Of a stretch of 64,000 nucleotides of DNA, positions 49,644 through 60,855 are shown piece by piece. The DNA is from Styela clava (lineage: Eukaryota). Location: assembly GCF_964204865.1 (NCBI RefSeq), contig NC_135254.1, forward strand, positions 7,688,001-7,752,000. Reading direction: 5' to 3'. Positions within the stretch are counted from its first letter, which is position 1. Each line of letters begins with the position of its first letter. The notes under the pieces are model-generated. The model saw only the letters and a list, made by a program, of their open reading frames with translations. It did no database searches and had not been told where the DNA came from. Both the position numbers and the translations under genes were made by a program.

Positions 49644-52600
49644 TTTTTGTAATGAGGGGCGATGTCAAAATCTCAACAATCTTCTAATTAACTACGACGT
49701 ATTGCAGTATACGAGTTAAGCTTGGATGATACCGTATTGTGGTCTTCCAAGCGATTGACACTCAAACACTCTTCATATAGTTGAAATTAAAGCTCTAGGC
49801 AACGATTATTACGTCGAAGCTTAATAAAATACGATTAGCCAGCTTTGTTAACGTCAAAATCATTGCTTGACGGAAGATTTTCCTAAAACCTCTGCGTTAG
49901 CTCGTTAGCCTACAGGCAGACAATAACTTTTCGGTTGGATTCGAAGTATTGGCGACCGCGAGTGTATATAGGCAAAAGACATAGCAACAGATTTAGATTT
50001 TCAAACTTAACCGCCCGGTTCGATAACTAGCTGCGAATGCACTACGGATAGTCAATTTGCGAGTCATGGCCTAAATGGGATTACTGTAACGATTTTACCA
50101 GTTTACTGTTCAGCCCTAAATGGGATTGATTATCACAAGTATCTTTACCAGTTTTCCGTTCCTCATGCATGGATGGTAATCGGTGTAAATTCAATACTTC
50201 TTCTTTGCAAAACCTTCCATCTTGTATTCTGTACGTTTTAAACCTTATCTTAGGTTTTGCTTGCTCTCCCGATTTTATAATCATATTTCAATCATTTTAT
50301 TGTTATGCCGATTATGGAGAAATAAACTTATACTATACTTATAAACAAAGAGAGAGAGTGATGCTCAAATATATGGACACAAAATAGGTTATCAATTTCC
50401 CACAGAAGTCCATCGGTACCGCACCACAACAGCTGATCATCAAAAATCAACTTGCGCGAAAGAGGAACCGCCACATGGAGCGCAATTTTTAAATTTGATA
50501 ACGTCATCGCACACAAAAAGCGAACTGCGTAAAGGTCACAGGCATTTTTGGAAAAAATAAAAGTAATAGCATTCTAGCGAAAAATACAATGTTAAACCAT
50601 TGAAAATTTCAATGCGATCGGTCCAGTAGTTAATGAGAAAGGTGATTTTTTTTATAAGAGGAAGAAAATACTAACTTGATCAACAACAACATGATAACAA
50701 AACGATTCATTTGTACATTTCGTTTCCAATGATAACAATCGCGTACATTACACAGATGAAAAATATTTACAGACGGGTTCATTTTTTATACAAAATCGTA
50801 AATTGCAGTTACTATATTTATCACTACACAGACGGAGACCCACGCGATTCGGTTGACAAAGAACTCCGCAAAATGCCGTTACCTGCAGCGATTACGTGAA
50901 TAACCGTAGTAGACAGATTGCAAACCAACGCAGGGTAATAGCTGATGCGATAGCGGACGTTTTCCTAACGCAGAGCATGTTAGCTCATCAGTCGGCGTCA
51001 TGTATGGCAATGCACAGACTATAATCGGGTTTGTTCTCTCGTTCATATCCCATACAGTAGGAGAGAACCTATGAATAAGGCTTGGGGATACGTCATAGAA
51101 GAACCGAGATTATGGTTCAATATGACTTTATTCACTGAGCGATAATACAACATTACTGATCAATCACAATCATACAATGCCTTTTGCTGAACCCAATTAA
51201 TTTCTTGACAATGATCCTCTTTTTGTGACAAAAAAACTCAACCCTCAATAAGATTTGCTTATTTTAAAATAAGCCAAATTTAATTCTGTGAACTTGCACA
51301 AAAAGCAAACAAAGCATATGTCAGAATAAGCAAAATATGGATAAAGATCAAAATAAGCAACAAATAAATGAAAGATTCTCTGTTGTACAACTCTTTTCAG
51401 TGCTTGGTGGAAGGGACTTATTTACTGAGAAATACTCATGAATGGCAGAATTCATTTTTATTCACTGCACTTGTGATTCTTAAGTAACTTGTATAAACCA
51501 GTTTCTTACTAATTACAAAAAATGAATATTTTTCTTTTTTGGTTATGATTTTGTTTCAAGATAAGAGAACTAACAGAAAGTGTACGTAAACAAAGTTGAT
51601 ACTAATCCAAACAAATTATTTTATACATATTGTTGCAACAAGTAGAATAACATATATTTTCAAAATAGAAACAGGTATATTACCCTAAATTCCCATAATA
51701 GAGTTGCCAGAGAAGCTTCAGTCCATCTCAGTTTAGTTTTTTCAAGCAGTGAATACACGCAAATTGTTTTTTATACTCCTCTAAGGCATCGTATTCAAAC
51801 AAGTATAACATATAAGGAGAAGATTTTTATAAAATACTATACTTTTCAAACTTTCATAATTCGATAGTTGAAGGTACAAGGCTCAAACGGCGAAAAAGTA
51901 GAACTAAATCTATGCACGACTGCTGTGCATTTTTTGTTGTATTCGCAAAATATCAAATACAGTACAAAACACCATTTACAAGCCAATTTTTTTAACACAA
52001 GGAATGAAAATTGTATAAAAACATGTTCACAGGGACGATAATTTAAAAATAAATTTAAGAAAAATATTTCTACTCCAAGAAATAAATATGATTGGATACA
52101 AATAACACAAACGACAGTTAATCGACTGAAAAAATCTTGAAATTATTACAAAGCAATAAAGTATAGTGGCAGTTGTAATAGACGATTTGATGCTGTAATT
52201 GAAAATTATTTGGAAAATTAGAGCAAGGGTAGAGATACTCTATGAAATTTATAAATAAATTTGTGAATTCTGACCGACATTTTTCAGATGTCTTGCTGAC
52301 AGTAAGGTTAAAGCAGGACCAAAACAAAAATTTTCTAGAGTAGAGGATTGACACCATTATTTTGCTGCATAATACATAAATCTGAAGATAAATTTTTAAA
52401 TGAATTTGAAAAAAAAAAAATATCCAGATAAATACACGCTCAATCTGAACTTCCAAGAGAGATGTGAAAGGTTCTCACAAGCTATACAGGTACATTCTTG
52501 ATAAAGAACAACAACCATTTATTCGAAGGTAGGCCCCCTTATTAATGAGCAAGGGCAGCATGTGCATCCTCAAATGGTCAACTAAAGATCAGTTTTATCT

Positions 52601-53261
52601 CTTGAGAAAGGTGGAAAACAGGTAAGCCCACTTGCAAGAATTATGACAGCAGTAAAGGAAATTCACATATGTGAGTATGTTCTATGAAGAGAACACTGAG
52701 TTGAGACAAATTAGAATTGTTATGTGCAAGATACAACGAATGGTATCTGATCTGATTGAAAGTGAAATCCCATATAAGCCAGTGGTTGATTCACCGGGGG
52801 CCAAAATTAGAAGCGGAGGATATCCGCGGACCGAGAGAGGGGAGCGCCTGCAAGGAGCAGATGCTGGTACATATAACTGAGATACTAGTATAATTGAATT
52901 GGTATGTTTATACACATGCTTAAACTGTGATAATGATGTAACAGTGAGCGGTATTTAGAAAGCAAAACGGTAAAAACAAAGTGTTAAACTATTTGACTTA
53001 AGTTCGCCGGGCCATATCAAATCGCTACGTGGGCCGTAATTGGCCCATGGGCCGCAGTTTGGGAACCAGTGTTCTAGACAAAGTAACACTCTCGAGATGT
53101 TACAAGGCCATGATTGGCTATGAATAACCACCAAAAGATGGTATACGAGACCATGCTTGACTATGAATACCAACTACTCATGACAGTGAAATAACTACTA
53201 ATTAAATGTTCCCTGATTCCTGTAAGCTGTACCTGATCTGTGCAGTTTATTTTGTGCAGTT

Positions 53262-54170
53262 TCAAACACCACAGAGATCAAATAATTCATTTGCACCTTC
53301 AAATGGCTCAAGATTAAACACATAGTCCAATGTTGGAGGTGGAGACAGCCTCAGTAAAGGAGCAAAATCTTCTGTTTTCAATAAGTCGAAAAGATCGCCA
53401 GAATCATCAATCGGATCGAATAGCTCACTGATAGAAGGTGGCGCGTCCATTTTGTCATGTGCTAAGACATTGGTAGGGATCTTTGAAGATAAAACTGGGG
53501 GCTCTTGAATTGGATTTTCTGGCTTCAATAGAATAGGCTCAGGCAGATTTTCTGGAGGAGGCACAGGAACAGCTACAGGTGCAGATGTGGTAACATCTTT
53601 ATTGACAAGGAGAACAGAAATAGGACCTGATGAGGATCGTAAATGGATTTGATACCTCCTGTCACCAGTTGCTGTTTGTTCGGGCACTGGTACTTCAAGT
53701 TGAGTTCCAGAAGGTGCTTGAACTGCGAGTAACGTTTGATCTTTAAAGCAACTACAAACATCTTCATGTGTAACGTAAGCCAATTTATTGTTGTCAATAT
53801 CATCAGTAACGTTTCTGATGCTTTGATGAACCCACATTTGTTGCTGATCAATTTCTTTTTCCTTTTCTTCTAATGAATAGATCTGTGATCTCAGGGCATT
53901 TATTTGTGTTGAAACTTCACTGTTTGTGCCACCCGGTCCTGCTCCCTTCCATTGTATACTATTCTTCGAACGTTTTTCAATTAATCCAATTCCTTCTAGC
54001 ACATTTGTTATGTCGTAAATGCGACGTTTTTGCCGCACAGCAAGCTGGTCCGCGGCTACTTTTAAATCCAATATTCCGTCTTTTGCTTCTTGTAACAAAG
54101 TAACGAATTTTGTTGTTAGAAGGCCAAGAGACTTCTCATGCCGACTTGTTGAGGCATCTGTGATAGACAT
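53262..54170 (-). CDS. E2F4/5: Transcription factor E2F4/5 (intronless CDS, 302 aa)
   Basis: SRHEKSLGLLTTKFV...AVRQKRRIYDITNVLEGIGLIEK (winged-helix DBD with very short N-terminus); marked box LAYVTHED/TLLAVQAPSGTQLEVP; C-terminal pocket-binding FAPLLRLSPPP..DYVFNL...EG..ELFD. Confidence 0.95.
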   Translation of the reverse strand: MSITDASTSRHEKSLGLLTTKFVTLLQEAKDGILDLKVAADQLAVRQKRRIYDITNVLEGIGLIEKRSKNSIQWKGAGPGGTNSEVSTQINALRSQIYSLEEKEKEIDQQQMWVHQSIRNVTDDIDNNKLAYVTHEDVCSCFKDQTLLAVQAPSGTQLEVPVPEQTATGDRRYQIHLRSSSGPISVLLVNKDVTTSAPVAVPVPPPENLPEPILLKPENPIQEPPVLSSKIPTNVLAHDKMDAPPSISELFDPIDDSGDLFDLLKTEDFAPLLRLSPPPTLDYVFNLEPFEGANELFDLCGV

Positions 54171-54710
54171 GGCCCCAGGAACAATTCAAAATAATATTAT
54201 TAGATAGCTATTTTGGCTATATCAATGCTAGTGATAGCTGGAAAAATAAAACATCAACATTTATTACTAGGCATTACTGCTCTACACAAATGGTGGCAGC
54301 TTTATTAGAAATAGATTTATTAATGTATCCAAAAACAAAATATTTACCTGTAAGAGAAACCTAACGCAACAAGAAGATATTAATTCAATTAAGACCAAAC
54401 AAACAATCTAACTGGTTTTCTAGAGTAAAAGCATAAATCAGTTTTTAAAAGTATGGGTCATACTATGTATATACCGAAATAATGCCATGGTCATAATATG
54501 CGAGAAATAAAACATGATAAAAGCAATTAATTTTTAATATGGAGCGTTGCTATCTTACTGAGACTTGTTTGTTTAGTTTAGTGTTGTTTCAACTAAGTAC
54601 ATACAGTGACCTCTGTTAATTGTTAATGACCTCTGTTAGACACGCAGACTCAGTAGTGTGGGCATACCAAATTTGCTGAATAGCGATAAAAGTTGAACTG
54701 GTTTTTAAAA

Positions 54711-55361
54711 ATTTCTTCAAATAGCATAACATACCGAATTCTTGGAATAAATGACTTCAATGATGTCATGAATTTGCTTATAACTGACTACATTACAGAA
54801 GAGCCAATTAGCATGATGTTGGGCATCACTGAGGAGATTCTGGGGACAAATTTGAACGAGCGTTTGAAGGAATATTTATCAGAAAAGTTCTGTGTTGGCG
54901 CGTTTGATAGCAGATCTAGCTGTTTGATTGGGGTAGGAGTGGGATATACTGGAGATAAAGAAGAAAAATCAATGAACTCGGACACAAGCACAATTCCAGT
55001 TCATGTACGCCAAACTGACGCAGTCTGGAAAGAACTTCTCGATGGCACCAAAGAAGAGCGCTTAGGCACTAAGAATATTTTTCATTTGTATGTTTCGTGT
55101 GTAAAATATGAATACGCAGGACAAGGTATTGCAGCTGAAATGTGTGAAAGAATGCAAAAAATTGCAATAAGTCAAGGTTGCAAGAAAGTATCAGCTATCG
55201 CAACAAGCTACTATGCCCAGAAAGTTTTCAAAAATTTTGGGTTTGATTTCATCAAGTCAATTTTCTATGAGGAATATATAGACCCAGTAACTGGCAACAA
55301 GATATTTAATAACATGCCAAAGCCTCATGAAAAAGTAGTTTTTGTCATGAAAAATCTGTGA
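54711..55361 (+). CDS. GNAT acetyltransferase, insect arylalkylamine/dopamine N-acetyltransferase-like, copy 1 (start codon reads ATT)
   Basis: YITEEPI (F..DEPL-like), motif A VKYEYAGQGIA, ATSYYAQKVFKNFGF, Y..YIDP..G.KIF...PKPH. The position homologous to the ATG of copy 2 is ATT (54711). Confidence 0.8.
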   Translation: MSSNSITYRILGINDFNDVMNLLITDYITEEPISMMLGITEEILGTNLNERLKEYLSEKFCVGAFDSRSSCLIGVGVGYTGDKEEKSMNSDTSTIPVHVRQTDAVWKELLDGTKEERLGTKNIFHLYVSCVKYEYAGQGIAAEMCERMQKIAISQGCKKVSAIATSYYAQKVFKNFGFDFIKSIFYEEYIDPVTGNKIFNNMPKPHEKVVFVMKNL

Positions 55362-56078
55362 TTGTAAATGTGCAGAGTGACCCAAATAAACATTACCTAT
55401 ACATTTTTCATAATTTCAATTTCAATAATTTCAGTAACTTTAAGGCTGCAATTATCAGGGGAATCCCCATAAAGGTGTGTGTCCGAGCGATTTAACAATT
55501 TTCAACAAAGGACGGTTTCACAAGTTTGTCTCCAATGCCAAGGAGATCTTTTGGAACCAATATGAGAGAGAACATAATTTTTGTATAAAGCTTCCCAGAT
55601 TTCTGAAATGCTTCATTTTTAATCTTTTTTAAATAAGGCGATATTTCATGCAGCGATTTTTCTTATGCGACAAAATTTCCTGTGGCAAGATTTCCTACGG
55701 CGAATTTTCCTAGAACAATTTCATATATCCAATATAAATTCAGTTATCATAGAAATAATAACTCATTGATTCATTATAAACTCATGACATATCTGAACAT
55801 TAAATTGTTTCTGCTTTATTGAGAATATTATGTGATATGAAATCATTATGTATTTACTAAATGTTGAAACAAACAAAAAATGATTTTTTGTTGGAAATTG
55901 ATAATAAAATTATTTGGATGTGGTTTTGTCTATATTATTCAGTTTATATAAGTTGAAGTATCAGTTATGCATAGTAGATGGTTGTCAAAGCTGAAAAAAT
56001 ATAAAAAATGAAATACATAAAACTACCAATAGGTTTACGAATGAATCAATTTAGAAAAAGCTTATTTGTACTAATTTT

Positions 56079-56307
56079 GGTACTCCGGAGGTATGTGAAC
56101 CAGGATAGCGGTTTAGTGGACACCGGAACATAGTATATGTGCCACTACCAGGTTAGGCCCTAATTTTATTCCAATTTTCCTTATTTTAGTTCTATTATGA
56201 GTTCTATGGACTAGCCAAGTGACTCCCGTAGTATTTGTACCTGAAAACACATACTACGTTCCGGTGTAAACTATCTGCCATCTTGTTTCACATACTTCAG
56301 GAGTACC
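56079..56307. mobile_element. Family B palindromic repeat; a partial copy also lies at ~56810-56936
   Basis: GGTACTCCGGAGGTATGTGAAC / GTTTCACATACTTCAGGAGTACC arms. Confidence 0.78.
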
Positions 56308-56989
56308 CTTATTTTAGAGATTGCTTGAGACTGACAGAATGGGATAAATAAGTTATTTGCAAAACAAGGAGCTATAGAAAGTTAGACATCGAAAGAGAAT
56401 TATTCACACACGCATGCAAGTTTAAAAATAACAATTTGCGCAGTCACTGCCAGTTGATTTTGATTGCATATATCCGATCAATTATAAGTATTGTATAACT
56501 AAATTGTTTTACAGCTTGTTTGATCAGTTACAAGGGGAATGCTGCAGGGGAGAGAGGGATGCTTGTTTGTTTAGTGTTGTTTAACTTGGTGTACGCTCAC
56601 TTTATTAACATAGTACCTCAGTTCGTTAACCATCAAATATACTGGTAACAAAAAAATTATATCACCGTAGTTTGCAGATAGCAAGTACGCAAATGGCTTC
56701 TTTTCGTCGGTTTACGAGTCCAAGTCAAGTATGAGAACAGCTAACCCTTTAATTAAGTATATGCATAGGTTCAGATAATGGAGGAAACTAAAGCAAATGA
56801 TACAAATCACCGCTAGTTCCCGAACTTGTAATAGAACTAAAATAAGAAAAATCGGAATAAAATTATGGCCTAACCCTAAAATAGTACACAAACTACGTTC
56901 CAGTGTCCGCCATCTTGGTTGACATACTTTGAGAGCAAAATTTAACCTACGGTATGTCATTGAATTCCAGGTTGTAACTCCATTCAACA

Positions 56990-57640
56990 ATGTCTTCAAA
57001 TAACATTACATACAGGATTCTTGATTCAAATGACTCCAATGATGTCATGAGTTTGCTTATAACTGACTACATTACACAAGAGCCAGAAAGCATAAAGTTG
57101 GGCATGACTGAAGAGATTTTGAGAAAATATTTGAACACACGCTTGATAAAATATTTATCAGCAAAGGCCTCTGTTGGGGCATTTGACAGCAATTCTAGCT
57201 GTTTGATTGGGGTAGCAGTAGGTTATACTGGAGGAAAAGAAGAAAAATCAATGAACTCAGACGCAAGCATGATTCCAGTTTATGTACGCCAAGCTGAAGC
57301 GGTCAGGAAACAACTTATTGGTGGAACTAAGGAGGAATGTCTAGGCACTCTGAAGTTTCTACATTTGTATATTTTATGTGTAAAAAATGAATATGCAGGA
57401 CATGGTATTGCAGCTGAAATGTGCAAAAGAATGCAAAAAATTGCAATAAGTCAAAATTGTGAGAAATTATCGGCTATTGCAACAAATCATTATGCCCAGA
57501 TAATCTTTAAAAACCTTGGATTCGACTTCATTAAATCAATTTCCTATGAGGATTACATCGACCCAGTAACTGGCAACAAGATATTTAAAGACATGCCCAA
57601 GCCTCATGAAAAAATGGTTTTTGCTGTGAAAACACTTTGA
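56990..57640 (+). CDS. GNAT acetyltransferase, insect AANAT-like, copy 2 (216 aa, intact)
   Basis: YITQEPE, VKNEYAGHGIA, ATNHYAQIIFKNLGF, YEDYIDPVTGNKIFKDMPKPH; close tandem paralog of copy 1. Confidence 0.88.
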   Translation: MSSNNITYRILDSNDSNDVMSLLITDYITQEPESIKLGMTEEILRKYLNTRLIKYLSAKASVGAFDSNSSCLIGVAVGYTGGKEEKSMNSDASMIPVYVRQAEAVRKQLIGGTKEECLGTLKFLHLYILCVKNEYAGHGIAAEMCKRMQKIAISQNCEKLSAIATNHYAQIIFKNLGFDFIKSISYEDYIDPVTGNKIFKDMPKPHEKMVFAVKTL

Positions 57641-58333
57641 TTATAGAACAATGAGAGTTCACTGAGTCGTTTCTAATCGTTTTAAAATATTATATGACAT
57701 AAAATTATTGTATTCAAATGTGAAATTAAACAGGAAATTATTTCGTTCCAGAAATTATTATTAAATCAAATTTACTGTGGTTTTTTGTCTACATTTTTTA
57801 GTATAAGTTTAAAATACCAGTTGCGAGGGGTTGCCAAGAATCAAAATAAGAAATTATTTAGGCATTAGAACTCTTGAGCTTCACGAATGAATCAACTCAA
57901 CGAATTTGATAGGTTGTCCGAGATTAATGAACTATAACAAACATGTTTTTAGCAGAAAAATGAGCTACAGAAAATGTGATATATAAAAAAAGGATTATTT
58001 TTAAAATGAAGGCATAGCAAGTGATTAGCAACAAATAGAGCAGCCATTACCAGTTGATCTTGATTGTATACATACAATTAATTCCAAGTATTTTAGAAAA
58101 TCCAGATTAAATACATGGCTGAGTCCATACAGTGTCTTCAAACTTTTTTAAATATTTCATTTTATAGACTTATCCTGGTAGGTTTACATTATTTATTGTA
58201 ATGTATATAAAGCATTCTACATTGACACAGAGACTTCAGAAAATGCAATTGAATACAGTTACTTACATATCATAATATTTAACTGAACAATTTCACTCCT
58301 TTTTAGCCATACGAAAAAGCCAATCATCTAGAA

Positions 58334-59317
58334 CAGGGGTAGGCAAACTACAGCCTGCGGGCCAGATCCGGCCCGCAGAACAATATAATCCGGCCCACGA
58401 AGCTTCACTGAATTATATTAACAACACAACTGTAATGACGATTATATTCTTTACGTAACAGAATTTGTTTTGAGACACTAAATTATATTATAACCTTACA
58501 AGTATATAATTCACAATCACTCGTTTAATGAGCCTATAAATTGATTATGAATAGACAAAATGCAACAGAACGTAAAAAAGTTGATGCTTAGTGCAAATGG
58601 TTTAACGGCGCAGAAAATATTCAAATGATCAGTCTTCGCGCTGCTTGAAATTTAACTGAAATCTGTGTGACAAAATGTGATTCATTGGCTATTCCCTCGG
58701 TTTTTAACGTTTCAAAAATATGTGCGGCCCGCCAATGACTTGCAAGTTGCAAAAGTATAATATAATTTACAATCACATAATCACTCGTTTAATGAGCCAA
58801 TAAATTGATTATGATTAGACAAATGGCAACAGAACGTAAAAAAGTTGATGCTGAGTGCAAATGGTTAAATGCCGCAGAAAATATTCAAATGATCAGTCTT
58901 CATTCTGCTTGAAATTTAACTGAAATCTGTGTGACAAAATGTGATTCATTGGCTATTCCCTCGGTTTTTAACGTTTCAAAAATATGTGCGGCCCGCCAAT
59001 GACTTGCAAGTTGCAAAAGTATAATATAATTTACAATCACATAATCACTCGTTTAATGAGCCAATAAATTGATTATGATTAGACAAATGGCAACAGAACG
59101 TAAAAAAGTTGATGCTGAGTGCAAATGGTTAAATGTCGCAGAAAATATTCAAATGATCAGTCTTCGTTCTGCTTGAAATTTAACTGAAATCTGTGTGACA
59201 AAATGTGATTCATTGGCTATTCCCTCGGTTTTTAACGTTTCAAAAATATGTGCGGCCCGCCAATGACTTGCAACCTTCAATTTTGGCTCGCGAACGACAA
59301 AAGTTTGCCGACCCCTG
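58334..59317 (+). mobile_element. Family A hAT MITE with internal 264-bp triplication
   Basis: TIRs CAGGGGTAGGCAAACT / AGTTTGCCGACCCCTG; exact TSD ATCTAGAA; TGTGCGGCCCGCCAATGACTTGCAA recurs at 58721, 58985 and 59249. Confidence 0.92.
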
Positions 59318-60055
59318 ATCTAGAATTATCAGTCATTGTCTGGCTACAAGATTTCATATGATTCAGCGAAAAGACAAAAAGCATTTTATCATTTATATTA
59401 AATCATTTACATAAAGCAATAATGTGAAAAAATTGACGCATAATGGATTATAAAAACAAAATTGAAAGAGAAAAATCACAGCCCTGTCATATACCGGTAT
59501 ATAAAATATAAACGTCTAAAACATTTATCTACACTTCACAAAACCAGGGATCATTACTATTGATTGAATATACACAATTAATTGCATTTGGTTTAATTTA
59601 AAAAGTTTTGAGTTCATACAATGTCTTCACAATCTTCTTCAATTAAATATTTTATCTAGCATTTTTACAGACTTACTTTGCTAGTTTTATTATGCATTGT
59701 AAATAATGTCTATAAAACATTCTACATTGCGATAGAGACTTTCTGAAAACACAATTGCATACAATTACTTACAGAATATGGATTCATAGAGATTAGCACA
59801 ATAGATGATATTTAACTGCACAATTTCACTCCGGAATGATGAAAATTTTTTCTAGCCATACAAAAATGTTTTAAGCACTGCCATATATATAAAATATGAA
59901 TGTCTAAAACATTTATCGACATTTCACAAAACCAGGGATCATCAAAACCGGCAGAATACATTCCAACTTCCAAGGTAATATTTTCAACGAATTGAAAAGC
60001 TATATTGAGCCAAAGTATCAAAGGTTCATAGATGATCTCTTAAATATTTAGTTAT

Positions 60056-60855
60056 GGGCTATTCCAAGTGACACTACAGGACAATTCCAGAAATTTTGCA
60101 TTTTGTTGGATGCAATATATTTTCACATTTTCAGCTACATGTTTTGTTTCATTGTCCGAACAGTTGCTTTATTGAATATGTAAAAAATTGCACAAAAGTT
60201 ACACCCAAGACTTACTTAGTAGATAAAAAAATATAGTAAAATATAGCGTGACACTACAGGACGGCAAATCCACCATGCACTAACAGTACGTTGTGTTGTG
60301 CTGTAAATTTTTGCGATGATACAGTAGGAGCCCATAGTATTTTCTGGTGCAGTAGCTGAACTACCCCTCTATGTGTTGCTCAAGTTACTTAATGTAACAC
60401 TGTAAATCCATGCCAATAATGTGCATATTGTATGTGACACTACAGGACGTGACACTACAGGACATTTTTCCACTTCGGAATAGCGGCCTCTATCATCTCT
60501 CAAAATTCTGGTAATAAATCGTTAGATGGGTGAAGAAATGTCCTACAGCACTGCAAACATTTAAACTTTATTAACTTAAATCCAGTGTGTCAATTCCATA
60601 TGGAATAACTGTACCACACAATCAAACACTTTGTGTCAGGAATCATCACAAAATATGTCAATTATACCAAAATTTCTACATTTCAGGCAATTTTTTATAA
60701 ACCATCAAAAACCTGGGTGAAATTTTAAATTGTTCGATGAAATGAATGCAGTCCAATAAATTTCCAATGTCATTTGATATCAAAAATGAAAAAAAATTAC
60801 TTTCACTACACATTTTGAAAAATTGATGGAATTCAACTTTTGCTTGGAATGGCCC
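60056..60855. mobile_element. Non-autonomous DNA transposon with 4-bp TSD (Sola-like, tentative)
   Basis: TIRs GGGCTATTCCAAG / CTTGGAATGGCCC; TTAT on both flanks; GTGACACTACAGGAC repeated four times internally. Confidence 0.75.

Noticed and set aside
52400-52915. GC-richer segment with short ORFs downstream of E2F4/5
   Set aside because: No motif or splice-supported structure; most simply part of a long E2F 3' UTR (AATAAA on the minus strand near 51127).
58505-60463. CRISPR-like appearance of recurring motifs (264-bp units; GTGACACTACAGGAC repeats)
   Set aside because: Eukaryotic context, no cas genes, and spacers are not unique or regular; both lie inside TIR elements.
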